Shown: positions 13,510 to 26,240 of the stretch, piece by piece
Layout: every line of letters begins with the position of its first letter
Numbering within the stretch: the first letter of the stretch is position 1
Assembly: GCF_009914755.1 (NCBI RefSeq)
Contig: NC_060947.1
Source: the human T2T-CHM13v2.0 reference genome, Homo sapiens
Reading direction: 5' to 3' (one strand)
DNA: 64,000 bases
Notes under the pieces: generated by a model
Databases searched by the model: none
Seen by the model: only the letters and a program-made list of their open reading frames with translations
Told to the model about the DNA's origin: nothing
Translations under genes and position numbers: made by a program

Positions 13510-13960
13510 ATACTCCATGAGGGCCAAAATTGTGTCTGTTTTGTTCATTGCTGTTTCCTCAGCACCTAAAACAATGACTGGCCCTTAGTAGACACTCCAT
13601 AAGTGTTTAGTGCCTGCCTGCCTGAATGAATGAATGAAACTGAGACACAGATAAAGTGACATGCCCAAAGTCACATAGCTAACTATTGAGATAGTAAGGT
13701 GGGGAATCCACCATATTATCCTAGCAACATACTTGTAAACATTCTTAACTCATCAGAAAGAGAAGAAAGAACTAATATTTGTTGTTGTCCTTTCCTTGGC
13801 CAGATGTAATTTGAGTGTCTTCACACTGTCTTATTATTCTATGTGAATCCCCCACCATACACATACAATATCAAGAGGTGGGTAAGATTACTGTCATTTT
13901 ACAAGTGAGAAAACTGAGGTACAGAGATTTAAGTTTCTTCCCAAAGATCACAAAGCTACT
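13510..13960. mobile_element. L2 3' tip (+) followed by MIR fragments (-)
   Basis: ctccatgagggc...(tgaa)n, then gaaactgagacacag and cattttacaagtgagaaaactgagg. Confidence 0.65.
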
Positions 13961-14290
13961 ATAGCAGAAAACAGCTCAGCTTAAAAGAGTCCTGATATGG
14001 AAAGCACTTGCAATGGTGCCTATGACATTGGTCAGCTCGGAGAAGATTCTACAGATAGCTAACGCCATGCATACCAGGCAGGTTTTTTACCACATTCCCT
14101 TTCAGAGACTGACATTTTGTGACATTGATCCCCAAATCTAGAGGAGACAGATTTCCCTGCACAAATTACATGCATGTGGATAGGCGGGAAAAGAATACCC
14201 AGTGGTGTGGCAGTTGCGATGTCATCATCCATGTGAGCTCTATGCTGGTATGTGCGGATGTGAACAGGAGCATTGTGTACTCAAAGGCAC

Positions 14291-14292
14291 GT

Positions 14293-14325
<33 letters not shown>

Positions 14326-14326
14326 T
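14291..14326. repeat. (GT)n microsatellite
   Basis: (GT)3 GA (GT)14. Confidence 0.95.
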
Positions 14327-14912
14327 CTTTTCACATAGATGATCTCAGAACTGTAGGACTATTATTTCTGGGGCCCTACCCTGGTGCTGTGTAAACACAT
14401 CACAATAAAAAGAAGTGACAGAATCTTCTGGTCACATCGAACCATGCGGATGTGTACCCAGCATGGCCACAATTTCAGCAGAGCATGCAATACTACTTCT
14501 CTGAACATAAAATGGCAGAGGAGCCTGGACACTAGTGTCTAGGGTAACTGACCATACACCAGAACAGACACTTGCCCCTATGTTCTCTCTAAGTAGTATT
14601 AATTCACACACCCTGATCAGTCCTGTTACTTGTCCTGGCTCCCTGTGTGCTCAAAGCAGCTTTATTTAGTAACACCTGGGGGATCCTTGAGGATAACCCA
14701 AATATGCCACTGTGGCATATCCCAAAGTGGCATATTTGTGAGTGGCATATTCTACTACCCTTCAGAGGCAACATTAAAACCATGTGGAAGACCACTGCAT
14801 GGGAAAGAGGTGCAAATCCAAAACCTTTGCATGGGGAAGAGAAATAGGCTAATCATTGAATATAAGCATAACTACATAATTTTTAAACCATCGCAGAGGA
14901 ATCCATAAACAA

Positions 14913-14961
14913 TGGGAAAGAACAAAAATACGTTGGGAAAGAACAAAAATACGTTGGGAAA
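14913..14961. repeat. Perfect 21-bp tandem duplication
   Basis: tgggaaagaacaaaaatacgt twice, then tgggaaa. Confidence 0.95.
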
Positions 14962-16889
14962 AGGCCTCCAACATAATTTGCATATATAGGGTTAATACTT
15001 ATAAACCTTATGTTCTATGGGAAAGGCCCTGTGGGGAAGGGCCCTGTGGGGACCAGGAACCACAGTGACACTGTCATGCTTTGTATCCTAGGAAAAGCCT
15101 CTCCACTCTCTGGGCCTTGGAATCCTCATTGGGGGAATGGGGCGGTTAGATTACAGAATTTCTAAGCTCCTTCATTCTACAGTACTAAAGCAGAAATTTC
15201 TAGGCGCGGAAATAAGGAAATACTATGGCCATGGCTCTTCAAACTAGGGGGCTTAGGATCTGGTGGGAATTGTCCACTGAAGGGTACCCCTAATACAGAT
15301 GGCTGCTCTAGGCCCTCTGGCCTTGGTTTGGAGGCTACCAATTTGGTGTGCTGGGGAGAAGGTAGAAGGAAAACTAGAAGGTGGTGAGGGAAGGGTAGAA
15401 TGCAAAGGCTTCACAAACACTGACTCATGTTGGAGTCTGCCTGGTTCCTCCCCACTTTGCAGGGGAAGCATAAAAGTGTGTGTGTATGTTTTTTAAACCC
15501 ACTCAGGTCAGGAGAAATGCAGAAAGTAAACATCTAAGAGAAAGAAAAGATTGCTTTCCTTTGTGATTTTTCTTCCTTTGAGCAAAGCGCCCCAGAATGT
15601 ATTGCAAAGGGCGGGGCAGGGGGTGAGGAGAGAGCTGTTAGCACTCCCTTCGTGCCTTTGAAGGCAGCAGGCCTCTGTAAACAGAAGTGACTTCTGACTT
15701 CTCACGGCTCTAAAAATAATCAGAGTGTGGGGGGTTCTAAATCAGGAACAAAGAAGAAACAAAGGGTTAATGAGAGGACACAAGTTTGATGTCTTATTGC
15801 ATAAACACAGAGCCAGCTAGGAACAAATGCGTCAGAAGCTGGCCTTCGCCAGAAGGTAACCAGCACAGCTTTTAGCCCTTAAAATTCTGCACATTGCTAT
15901 TTCTTCCTCACATTTGCAAAGGGCACCTCACACCCTGCTCTCTGCGCCAGCCCCTCTCTAAAGTGTGCTGCTGGCAGGGAGTTGGCCCTTTCATCTATCT
16001 CAGGACCCTTCCCCTATAGCTTCACCCCTCTCCCCTCACCCTGATCAATGCTTTCCTGTAAGATCTAACTCATACTAACTTGCAAGTGACTGATATGGCC
16101 CTAGCAGCAGCTCATGTTTACCATGGGGCTCACTTTCTCTATGCTCTGTGCATGACCTCGCTGCGACTCACATCACCACTAAGTATTATTACCACATGCA
16201 CGTTAAAGCAAAGAGGATGGAGAATTGCTCTAACTTCCCCACAGTCCCAAATCCAGTGGATGGTGGAACTGCAATCCTAAACCTCAAGCAATCAGGTGCC
16301 AGAGCCCAAACCCTTAACCCTCATTCCTCTGCATTTCAAGGCAAAGAATTAAGTAGTGGGGAGTTATCTAGAAGCCGAAAGCCAGGGTAGAAACCTAGGG
16401 CTGACATTGTAAGGCAGTCATTCCCTTTGACTCAAAAACCTATCTCAAAAGGTCGCTCCCGTTGTCTAGTTTTAATGAACTTCGAGGGAGGTCCACTCAG
16501 CACCACCTCAGCCCCACATACTGTGCCAGGCTCTTTAAGGCATTCAGCACACACAGCCATTAGCTGTTTGCAGTCCAACAAGTCAGTTTCTGTTTGGACC
16601 AAATGTCATGCACTACCCATCATGCTGCATGTGTAAAGATATCCTTCTGGGGTTGGGGGAAATAGGGAAAGAAAAATGTGGGGATTGGAAAAGCCAGCTT
16701 ATAAAAGAGTATTGCGAGTCTCTTTCCTAATCCCATGTAACTAGCATATCACAGTTCCTGGCATAAAGGAAGCACTCCAAGAATACATATTGATTGAAAG
16801 CATAAAGGAATGAATGAGTGAACAAACAAATGAACTAATAAACTGACACATAGCTACCTTCCTTCTTTTCTTCTCTTATGTTCTCGAAA

Positions 16890-17058
16890 TCATCATCAAT
16901 ATTCCCTCGACATCTAATGTGCACACCTGTCAGATAGGGGCACAGGTTCCGGCTGTGTAGATCTAGGCTAGGGCCTGAGATTGTACACATCTAACCAGCT
17001 CCCAAGTGATGCTATTGCTCTTGCTGATCCGTGGACCACACTTTGAGTATCAAGGGTC
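16890..17058. mobile_element. MER5-family MITE
   Basis: tctaggctagggcctgaga...tctaaccagctcccaagtgatgct...ggaccacactttgagta. Confidence 0.7.
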
Positions 17059-17262
17059 TAGTACACCTGTGTCTTACTCATGGCTGCTGTCACAGTTCAA
17101 CATCATTAAAGGTCTCGTCTGTTCCATGGAATTATTTGCATTAAACTTTTGCAGCCATTTTATCAGTGTGTTTTTGTTTTTACTGTAGTTTTGGTCTAAG
17201 GTACACAGTACAGTACTGTATGTTAAAATTCCACCTGTGTTGCCTTTTACCTCCCACTTGTA

Positions 17263-17476
17263 CCAGAGGTGGATTTCCCATGAAGCTAATGAAGCTTAAA
17301 CCTCAGATCCCCTCACTATATGGACCCTGTTCCACATCCTCAGGCACAGATAGCAATATCTTTTCACAGTTATAAAATTTTGTGAATTTCCAAAATTAAA
17401 AGTATTTTGCAGTTTTTAAAGAGGTCCCCCAATTTGTACAAACCTCAGGTCCCACATAAACCTGGCTCCACTCCTG
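17263..17476 (+). mobile_element. hAT-Tip100-type (Arthur1/MER69-like) internally deleted element
   Basis: cagaggtggatttcccatgaagctaatgaagcttaa...ctccactcctg, flanked by cacttg(ta) and cacttg(ct), consistent with an eroded 8-bp hAT TSD. Confidence 0.6.
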
Positions 17477-18000
17477 CACTTGCTCTACTATATTTCTTAG
17501 AGTAGATACACATTTTTCTTGTACTCATGTCTCTGTCAAACACAGGAAAATAAAGGAAAAGACAGCCATGAGTTTTAGGAAATGTGAAAGAGTGAAATTC
17601 TCAGAGGATACACTTGTATATTTAAATATGCAAACATTTAGCTCTGATTTATGGTTTCTGCTGCCCACCCAGCCCTTGTATGCATCTGCATTGGCAACCT
17701 CTAATCTGGCCTTTGGTAAGAAGCATTACAAAGAAAAAATGTTTCACTTTGTCATCCCATTACCTGTAGAAGTTCATGGAACCCATCAGCCTTGGTCTCC
17801 TGGACAAACAGGCTCAGTTAGCATCCTCACCTGTTTAGGGAGGAGGCCATGATTCTATGACACCATTGCACAGTGTAGACTACCATGTCAGTAAATAGTA
17901 TCTGCTCCATTTATTGGATTATCACAAGTACGGGTGATAATACCACAAACCTCAAGACAGCTGGCTCCATCAAAGTCTGTGCAGCCATGTGGTACCTTCA

Positions 18001-18730
18001 ACCAGTTCTACTAAACCTTGGCCACACCTTGGAACCACCTGGGGAGCTTTAAAACATATTTTTGCCTGGGTCACATCCCCAAAGATTATTCCGATTTAAT
18101 CAGCCTGAGATGTGGTCTGGGCAATGACATTTTTTTAAAGCTTCCCAGGCGATTGCAATGTGAAGCCAAGGGTGAGAGTCACTGCCTGAGTCCATCTGAT
18201 CTGGGGAGAACGCTAGAACCCTGTTACCCAAGGTGTGGTTCTCAGATCAGACCAGCAAGCATCGGCATCACCAGGCAGCATACTAGAAATGGAGAATTCC
18301 GCTCACACCTGTAATCCCAGCACTTTGGGAGGCCAAGGCAGGCGGATCACCTGAGGTCAGAAGTTCGAGGCCAGCATGGCCAACATGGCAAAACCCCATC
18401 TCTGCTAAAAATACAAAAATTAGCTGGGCATGGTGGAGTGCACCTGTAATCCCAGCTACTAGGGAGGCTGAGGCAGGAGAATCGCTTGAATCCAGGAAAC
18501 GGAGGTTGCAGTGAGCCGAGCTGAGATGGTGCCAGGGCACTCCAGCCTGGGTGACAGAGCAAGACTCCGTCTCAAAAAAAAAAAAAAAGAAAGAAAGAAA
18601 GAAAGAAAAAAAGAAAAGAAAAGGAGAATTCCATATTCCAAGCCCCGTCCCAGACCTACCCAATCAGAATCTGCATTTTGTCAAGATTCCCAGGGGATTT
18701 GCCTGTCCAGTAGATTTTGAGAAGCACCGC
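18001..18730. mobile_element. Two adjacent MER5-family MITEs, the second interrupted by an Alu
   Basis: MER5-like sequence at ~18001-18185 and at ~18219-18300 + 18633-18730 (cccagacctacccaatcagaatctgcatttt...tttgagaagcac). Confidence 0.72.
18301..18616 (+). mobile_element. AluSx-like, missing ~14 bp at the 5' end
   Basis: gctcacacctgtaatcc...A/(GAAA)n tail. TSD agaaa(t/a)ggagaattcc at 18285-18300 and 18617-18632. Confidence 0.96.
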
Positions 18731-21700
18731 CTTAGAAACCGTCAGTTTCTGGATCAGCCTCCTCTATTTCCAGATGCAGAAATTGGAAATCAATCACGTG
18801 AAATGATTTTAGCCAAGCTCCCCAAGAAGCCAGCTGGAGTCCCAGGTCTCCCATCCTCCAGCTTCAGCCAGATTTCATCCTCTCCCTCAGCTGGACTTCG
18901 TGCCATTTTAGAAGGATATCAAGAGTTAGAGGCATAGGTCCCATTTCTGAGTTGCAGAAACTACACAGTTTACTGCAGAATTTCTGGCTTTTTCTTGCTA
19001 GGGGGAAAATATGTCTCAGTAAGCTCCATTATGTATTCTGGGTATATGCAATGAGTTTGTCTTGAGACATATTTATGCTTGAGAATATTATGTATTCTCT
19101 TTATATACCATGCAAGGTTAAACTTTTTGAAAATTTGTATTTGCTTTTTATCACCCAGACATATAAGCAATTTATAGCCAGGCCTGATGGATTGGAATCA
19201 GATGGCAAAACCCGGATTAACCCCATGGATCCTGATGGCCATTGGTCAGTCCTTGCTATCCATGATATTTTCACCTGAGTGAATGCATTAAAGGCTTTCC
19301 TTTTAAGATAAATATGCAGGTGGGTATCGTTTTTGCAAAGCAGGCACTTCCTCTTGCTGCTTTAAGTTCATCCAGCACTTTTTTCAAAGACAGACATATT
19401 GAAACAGTCATACGCTGAATAATTCATGTGGAAAAATTGGGGGGAGAGCTAAGTAGAGGTGACTTGTGAGATATTCTTACTTGCTGGTGTTAAAAGATGG
19501 AGATTCCTTGTATTACATAATTGCTATTCACCAGAAATGCAGTGGTTGAGGCAGGTTAGGGATCCTTCATGAGGCCCCTTTTGCACCAATCCTTCGGTCA
19601 CTCAACAAACTCTTACTAGTTATCTTTTAGAAATAAAAGATACTCCGAGTACACAGGCATATTTGAAGACCATCATGTAAACTGGCCTGGCCCAGGGAGG
19701 TCTGGTAACACACCAATAGAAGCTTCCTGACAAACACAAGACTTTATCACACGTGCACATGCATGGGTGCAGGCACAAACCCCCCAGCCACTAGTGTGAT
19801 CTATCACCTACAATCTTTGCCAGGCCCAAAGAGGGTCTTTATGTGCAAATCCCTGGCCAAGGGTGGTCCTACAGAACTGCTCAGCATTCACCCAGGTGCA
19901 AAAGCCAGCCAGAGGATGAATCATTATTATTTTTTTAATCAAGTAACAGACCCAGGTGTAGCAGCAGCCCAGCTTTCTAATATCACTGTGGCTTTGATAA
20001 ATATGTCCCATTCCTTGATAACTTTTCCAAATCCTTTAATATCCTGCAGCTCAGTCCCTGATGTCTGGCTGTCGCAAAAATGTGTGAAGGGAGACCAAAT
20101 GTCAATAAAATCTCCCTGCCTGCCTCAACCCAGTACATAATCAGCTCCAAGGTAAATAAATGGTAAGTTAGTTATCTGCTGCCAGGGAGGGGAGGCCTCT
20201 GGGCTTATCTGGCTTTCATTTTTGCCTTCCTATGGAGCTGACCAAAACGTCTTCTTATTCCACTCTCTTCTGGGGGAGGGTGTTGAATTTTTTCCTCTTT
20301 TTTCCTTTTTTTTCCCTTTCCCCTTGGAGGGACAGACTGCTTTGCTTTTCTGAAATGGCTGTCCACTTTATGCTTCGCTCTCCTCAACTCCATTAAATCA
20401 CCTTTCATCACATTAAATACAGGTCTTCAGGGTGGTCAGAGAGCTTCGCTCTGAGGGATGATGTTATAATAAGGGCAACGTGTATGAAAATCATTTTTCA
20501 GCTCAATCCCAGGCAGGCCACAAGGAGAGGGGAGGCACTACGTGTGTCTCACTTGAGACAGGAGCCAGGTTCCTGAAGAGATGTTTCATCTATTCCTTCC
20601 TTCCTTCATTCATTCGCAAACACATAACAGAGCACCACTATGTGGCAGGTTATAGGAATTTATCAGTGAACAAAAGAGACCAAGATATCCCTTCCCTCAT
20701 GGAGCTTCCATGAGTAGGACGCATTGGAAAGCCTCTTAGGGAACATGCTTAACATCAGATTCACAGAACAGAAGAGGGGCTGCTTTGAAAAGTTTAAGAT
20801 GTGGCTGCCTATAAATTGCTCCTACTCCAGTGCCAAAGTGTGGTATTCTTCCAGGAGACACCCTTTCTTTCTAGTTAAACCGTTCTTTTTTTCTATGAGC
20901 CATCATTTTTCTCCAAGAGCAATTGTCCTTGGAAGGGATTAGCTGTTATCACTCTCTAGCACCGTAGTGTGAATTTATTTATTGGCTTCCCTTCCTGCCT
21001 AGATAGGAGGGCCTCCAGGGCTGCCAAAAGACAGAAAAATCATGAAAAGGCAGCAACAAGAGAGACTGAGGACAATTTGGGCCACGCAGTCCCCTGGGGC
21101 CGCCTGTTAAAGAGCTGGATTCTTCATCCCCCACCTGGCCCCACTGCACAAAGATCCCACTCCATAGCCTAAGAGCCCCTGCATAGGACCTTCCCACTAA
21201 ACAACCCAGGGGCATTAAAAGAACTCTTCAGGAAATAGGCCAAATGGTGTTGAGGTTCTCCAAGCTCAGATAACTTATAGCTCCCCTTCCTCCTGGTGGT
21301 GACAACTCCCCACTGTTACTTAGCCTGGGGTACTGCACTCTCCTAGGTTGGCACCTTTTTATTAAAGGCATACTCTATTTGAGTGAGCCATCTGTTTGCT
21401 GTCCAGACTTAGAGCCATACAGGGGACTAAAAAGGAAGTAGAGAGACCAATCCTAGGACTAGAGTCTGGGCACAAGTGAAAAAAAGTGGGTAACTGCAAA
21501 GCCTGATGGAAGGCAATGTCTTTACATTTAGTGGACTTATGCATGTCCATAAAATGCAGATTCCTCCCTCATAGCCCCTTCTGACTCAGCAGGTCTGACC
21601 AGAGGCCTGGGAATATGGATTTTTAACAAGTACCAGAGATGATGCTAAAGCTGATGGCCTGTGTATCACAATTTCATACCTATTGATTTAATAGGTCCCA

Positions 21701-21749
21701 ACTCAGCATGGTTACTCCCTTTTGCTGCAATTCCATTCTCCTTTCCACT

Positions 21750-22113
21750 TGTATTCTTCCGTTTTCATGCTGCTGATAAAGACATATGTGAGACCAGGTA
21801 ATTTATAAAGAAAAAGAGGTTTAATGGACTCACAGTTCCACGTGGCTGGGGAGGCCTCACGATCATGGTGGAAGGCAAAAGGTACGTCTTACATGGCGGC
21901 AGACAAGAGAGAAAATGAAAGCCAAGCAAAAAGGGAAACCCCTTATAAAACCATCAGATCTCGTGAGACTTAGTCACTACCACAAGAACAGTATGGGGGA
22001 AATCGCCCCCATGATTCAATTATGTCCCACCAGGTTTCTCCCACAACACATGGGGATTATGGGAGTCACAAATCAAGATGAGATTTGGGTGGAGACACAG
22101 CCAAACCATATCA
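21750..22113 (-). mobile_element. THE1 solo LTR (THE1C-like)
   Basis: tgtattcttccgttttcatgctgctgataaagac...ccaaaccatatca. TSD ccact at 21745-21749 and 22114-22118. Confidence 0.95.
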
Positions 22114-22725
22114 CCACTCTATCTAAAATCTCTACCACCAGTCACTAGCAATTTAAACAACAGATGAATAGCAATAAAGTACAGGAGAGTAAAGAAGAGC
22201 TAAGGAAAGAACTATTCAGTTTATATGCAGAATTTAGACAAAATGTAAAGGAGCCAGGACTTGTTGGGCTTAAATATAAAACTTTTTAATCCCTGATCTT
22301 TCCTGGCAAAATACTGTCAAAGTAATAAGTGGCCTCCAGGCTGCCAGTAAAACATGGACTCAGAGTACAGTCAGATCAAGGGGACTGCCATAAGACCCTC
22401 TGTTGAGATTTCAATAGATAGAATGCAATGTCTTTTAGATCATCTCATGTAGACAAAATGTCTTCTATGAATCTTAAGGATGCTGTTCCACAGCCCTTGC
22501 TTGCAGCCCCCATATCTCTACCCATCACCAATATACAGTGTGACAAAAAGCTCAGAGAGGTTAAGTAATCTGTCCATAGTCACACAGGTATTAGTGACAG
22601 GGGCAGACTTTGAACCCAAGAAGATTGACTTCTACACTTTGACCCAAAGACAAACTATTGACTCCCTGAGAGAGATGGGTTCCCTTAAGTATCAGTCCTC
22701 AAGGTCTTTTAGTTTATTTCATATG

Positions 22726-24964
22726 TGTATTAGTTGATTTTCATGCTGCTAATAAAGGCATACCTGAAACTGGGAACAAAATAAAGGTTTAATTGGACTT
22801 ACAGTTCCACGTGGCTGGGGAAGCCTCAGAATCACGGCGGGAGGTGAAAGGCTCTTCTTACATGATGGCAGCAAGAGAAAATGAGGAAGAAGCAAAAGCA
22901 GAAACTGCTGATAAACCCATTGGATTTCATGAGACTTAGTCACTATCACCAGAATAGCATGGGAAAGACCAGCTTCCATGATTCAGTTACCTCCCCCTGG
23001 GTCCCTCCCACAACATGTGGGAATTCGGAGAAATACAATTCAAGTTGAGATTTTGGTGGGGACACAGCCAAACCATATCATTCCACCCCTGGCCCCTCCA
23101 AATCTCATGTCCTCACGTTTCCAAACCAATCATGCCTTTCCAACAGTCCTCCAACATCTTAACTCATGTCAGCATTAACCCAATAGTCCAGTCCCAAGTC
23201 TCATCTGAGACAAGGCAAGTTCCTTCTACCTATGAGGCTGTAAAATCAAAAGCAAGCTAGTTACTTCTTAGATACAATGAAGGTACAGGTATTGGGTAAA
23301 TATAGCCATTCTAAATGGGAGAACTTGGCCAAAATAAAGGGGTTACAGGGCCCATGCAAGTCTGAAATCCAGTGGGGCAGTCAAATTTTAAAGCTCCAAA
23401 ATGATTTGCTTTGACTCCAGTCTCCCATCCAGGTCACGCTGATGCAAGAGGTGTGTTCCCATGGTCGTGGGCAGCTCCCCCACTGTGGCTTTGCAGGGTA
23501 CAGCCTCTCTCCTGGCTGCTTTCACAGGCTGGTGTTGAGTGTCTGTGGCTTTTCCAGGCACAAAGTGAAAGCTGTTGGTGGATTTACCATTCTGGGGTCT
23601 GGAGGACGGTGGCCCTCTTCTCACAGCACCACTAGGCAGTGCCCCAGTAGGGACTCTGTGTGGGGGCTCTGACCCCACAACCCCACATTTCCCTTCTGCA
23701 CTGCACTAGCATACATTCTCCGTGAGGACCCTGCTCCTGCAGCAAACTTTTATCTGGGCATCCAGGTATTTCCATACATCTTCTGAAATCTAGGCAGAGG
23801 TTCCCAAACCCCAATTCTTGACTTCTGTGCACTCACAGGTTCAACACCTTGTGGAAACTGCCAAGGCTTGGGGCTTCCATCCTCTGGAGCTGGGGCTGGG
23901 ACACAGGGCACTAAGTCCCTAGGCTGCACACAGCATTGAGACCCTGGACCTGGCTCATAAAACCACATTTTCCTCCTGGGCCTCTGGGCCTGTGATAGGA
24001 GGGGCTGCTGTGAAGGTCTCTGACATGGCCTGGAGACATTTTTCCTATGGTCTTGGGGATTAACATTAGGCTCCTTGCTACTTATGCAAATTTCTGCAGA
24101 CAGCTTGAATTGCTCCTCAAAAAAATGGGTTTTTCTTTTCTACTGCATTGTTGGGCTGCAAATTTTTTGAACTTTTATGCTGTTTCCTTTTTAAAATTGA
24201 GTGCTTTTAACAGCACCCAAGTCACCTTTTGAATGTTTTGCTGCTTAGAAATTTCTTCCACCAGTTACTGTAAATCATCTTTCTCAAGTTCAAAATTCCA
24301 CAGATCTTTAGGGCAAGGGCAAAATGTCTCCAGTCTCTTTGCTAAAATATAACAAGAGTCACTTTTGCTTGAGTTCCCAACAAGTTCCTGATCTCCATCT
24401 GAGGCCACCTTAGCCTGGACCTTATTGTTCATATTACTATCAACATATTGGGCAAAGCCATTCAATGAGTGTCTAGGAGGTTCCAAACTTTCCCATATTT
24501 TCCTGTCTTCTTCTGAGCCCTTCAAACTGTTCCAACCTCTGCCTGTTACCCAGCTTCCACATTTTCGGCTATCTTTTCAGCAATGCCCTACTCTATGGGT
24601 ACCAATGTACTGTATTAGTCTGTTTTCATGCTGCTGATAAAGGCATACCCGAAACTGGGAACAAAAAAAGGTTTAATTGGACTTATAGTTCCACATGGCT
24701 GGGGAGTCCTCAGAATCATGGTGGGAGGTGAAAGGCTCTTCTTACATTGCAGTGGCAAGAGAAAATGAGGAAGAAGCAAAAGCGGAAACCCCTGATAAAC
24801 CCATTAGATCTCATGAGACTTAGTCACTATCACAAGAATAGCATGGGAGAGACCGGCACCCATGATTCAATTACCTCCCCCTGGGTCCCTCCCACAACAA
24901 GTGGGAATTCTGGGAGATAAAATTCAAGTTGAGATTTTGGTGGGGACACAGCCAAACCCTATCA
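22726..24964 (-). mobile_element. Full-length THE1 (THE1C-like) MaLR provirus: 3'LTR 22726-23080, internal 23081-24610, 5'LTR 24611-24964
   Basis: Two ~355-bp LTRs (~90% identical by manual count) sharing private variants. THE1-int motifs such as caaaataaaggggttacagggcccatgcaagtc. TSD atatg (22721-22725) and atacg (24965-24969). Confidence 0.96.
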
Positions 24965-25269
24965 ATACGCATTTCATGTTATTTATTGCAATATTCTTTG
25001 AACTTTCACCCTGTCAGAGAATGAATTGAACCAGAGTTGATGTTTTAAAATTTGCACAGATGTTTTCATGAACTATCATGAATCACCTTCCATCATGTTT
25101 ACCTACTGTAGGATGATGAGATGATGTTGCGTAGGGGTGGGAAGGAACAGGACATGGGCCCCACTGCTGCCCTCTTTCCTTGCTGTCCTTACCCTCAGAA
25201 TTCTCACTGTGCTCTCTTCAGTGACTTTGCTCATGCCAGCCCTGCCATTAGAGCTGCCTTTTCACTGCA

Positions 25270-25875
25270 TATAACAAGCAGGTGGGTAACTAATCACCTT
25301 CAAAAACGTAGTGGCTTAAAACAACAATCATTTTATTATGCTCAGAGATTCTGTGGGTCAGAAATTCAGACATGGCATGGCAAAGATGGTTTATTTCTGC
25401 TATAGGATGTTTGAAGCCTCATCTGGGAAGACTCAAGCCTAAGGATGACTTGCAGCTGGGGAGTGCAATCTGGAATCACCTGAGGGTTCCTAGTCCCATG
25501 TCTGATTCCTGGGTTGGGAGGACTCAAAGACTGCCAGGCAGACACCTACAGAAGGAAGTCCACATAGCTTGGGCTTCCTCACAGCATGGTGGCCTCAGAA
25601 TAGTTAGGCTTCTTACATAGCAGCTCAGAGCTCATGGGCCTCCTATGCAAGTGATTTAGCAAATAAGGGGGAAGCTGCATGGCCATTTTATGGTCCAGTC
25701 TCAGCATCATTTCCCTTGGATTCTATTGATTGAAGCAGTCATAAACCGACCACTCCATATTCAAGAAGGGACATAGACCCCCACCTCTCAATGGGAGGAG
25801 GGTCAAGGACACCTTATAGAAGAGTCTGTGGCTCAAGGGATATTGCTGGCTGTCGTCTTTGGAAAATAGTCTGTT
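25270..25875 (-). mobile_element. MLT1E/F/G-like LTR
   Basis: tagtggcttaaaacaacaatc...ttctgtgggtcagaaattc...gggcttcctcacagcatggtggcctcag...tctttggaaaata. Confidence 0.8.
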
Positions 25876-26039
25876 AGTCTGACCTCTGACCACAATTCAT
25901 AGAATCCTACCCAACTTTCCTTGCCTAGATCAAGCCTCCTCCTCCAGGAAGCCTTCTCTGATTACCAAAGTCCACCTTAACTCCTATTTTCTGTGTATCA
26001 CTTCTATTTAATATCACAGAGCAGTCGTAGTATTAATAG

Positions 26040-26240
26040 TAATAGTACAGCTAACGTTTTGAGGCATTGAAAACTAATTTAGATTAACTCGTGAAATCAT
26101 CAAGACAATCCCTTAAGATAGGGGCTCCTACTATCACCCTTTTATAGTTGAAGAACGTGAAGCCCAGAGAAGTTAGATTACTTGTCAAAGTCACACAAAG
26201 CCAGAATTTGAACTCAGGCAATCAGCCCCAGAGTCTGACC
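26040..26240 (-). mobile_element. MIR
   Basis: cccagagaagttagattacttgtcaaagtcacac...atttgaactcaggc...ccagagtct. Confidence 0.7.
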
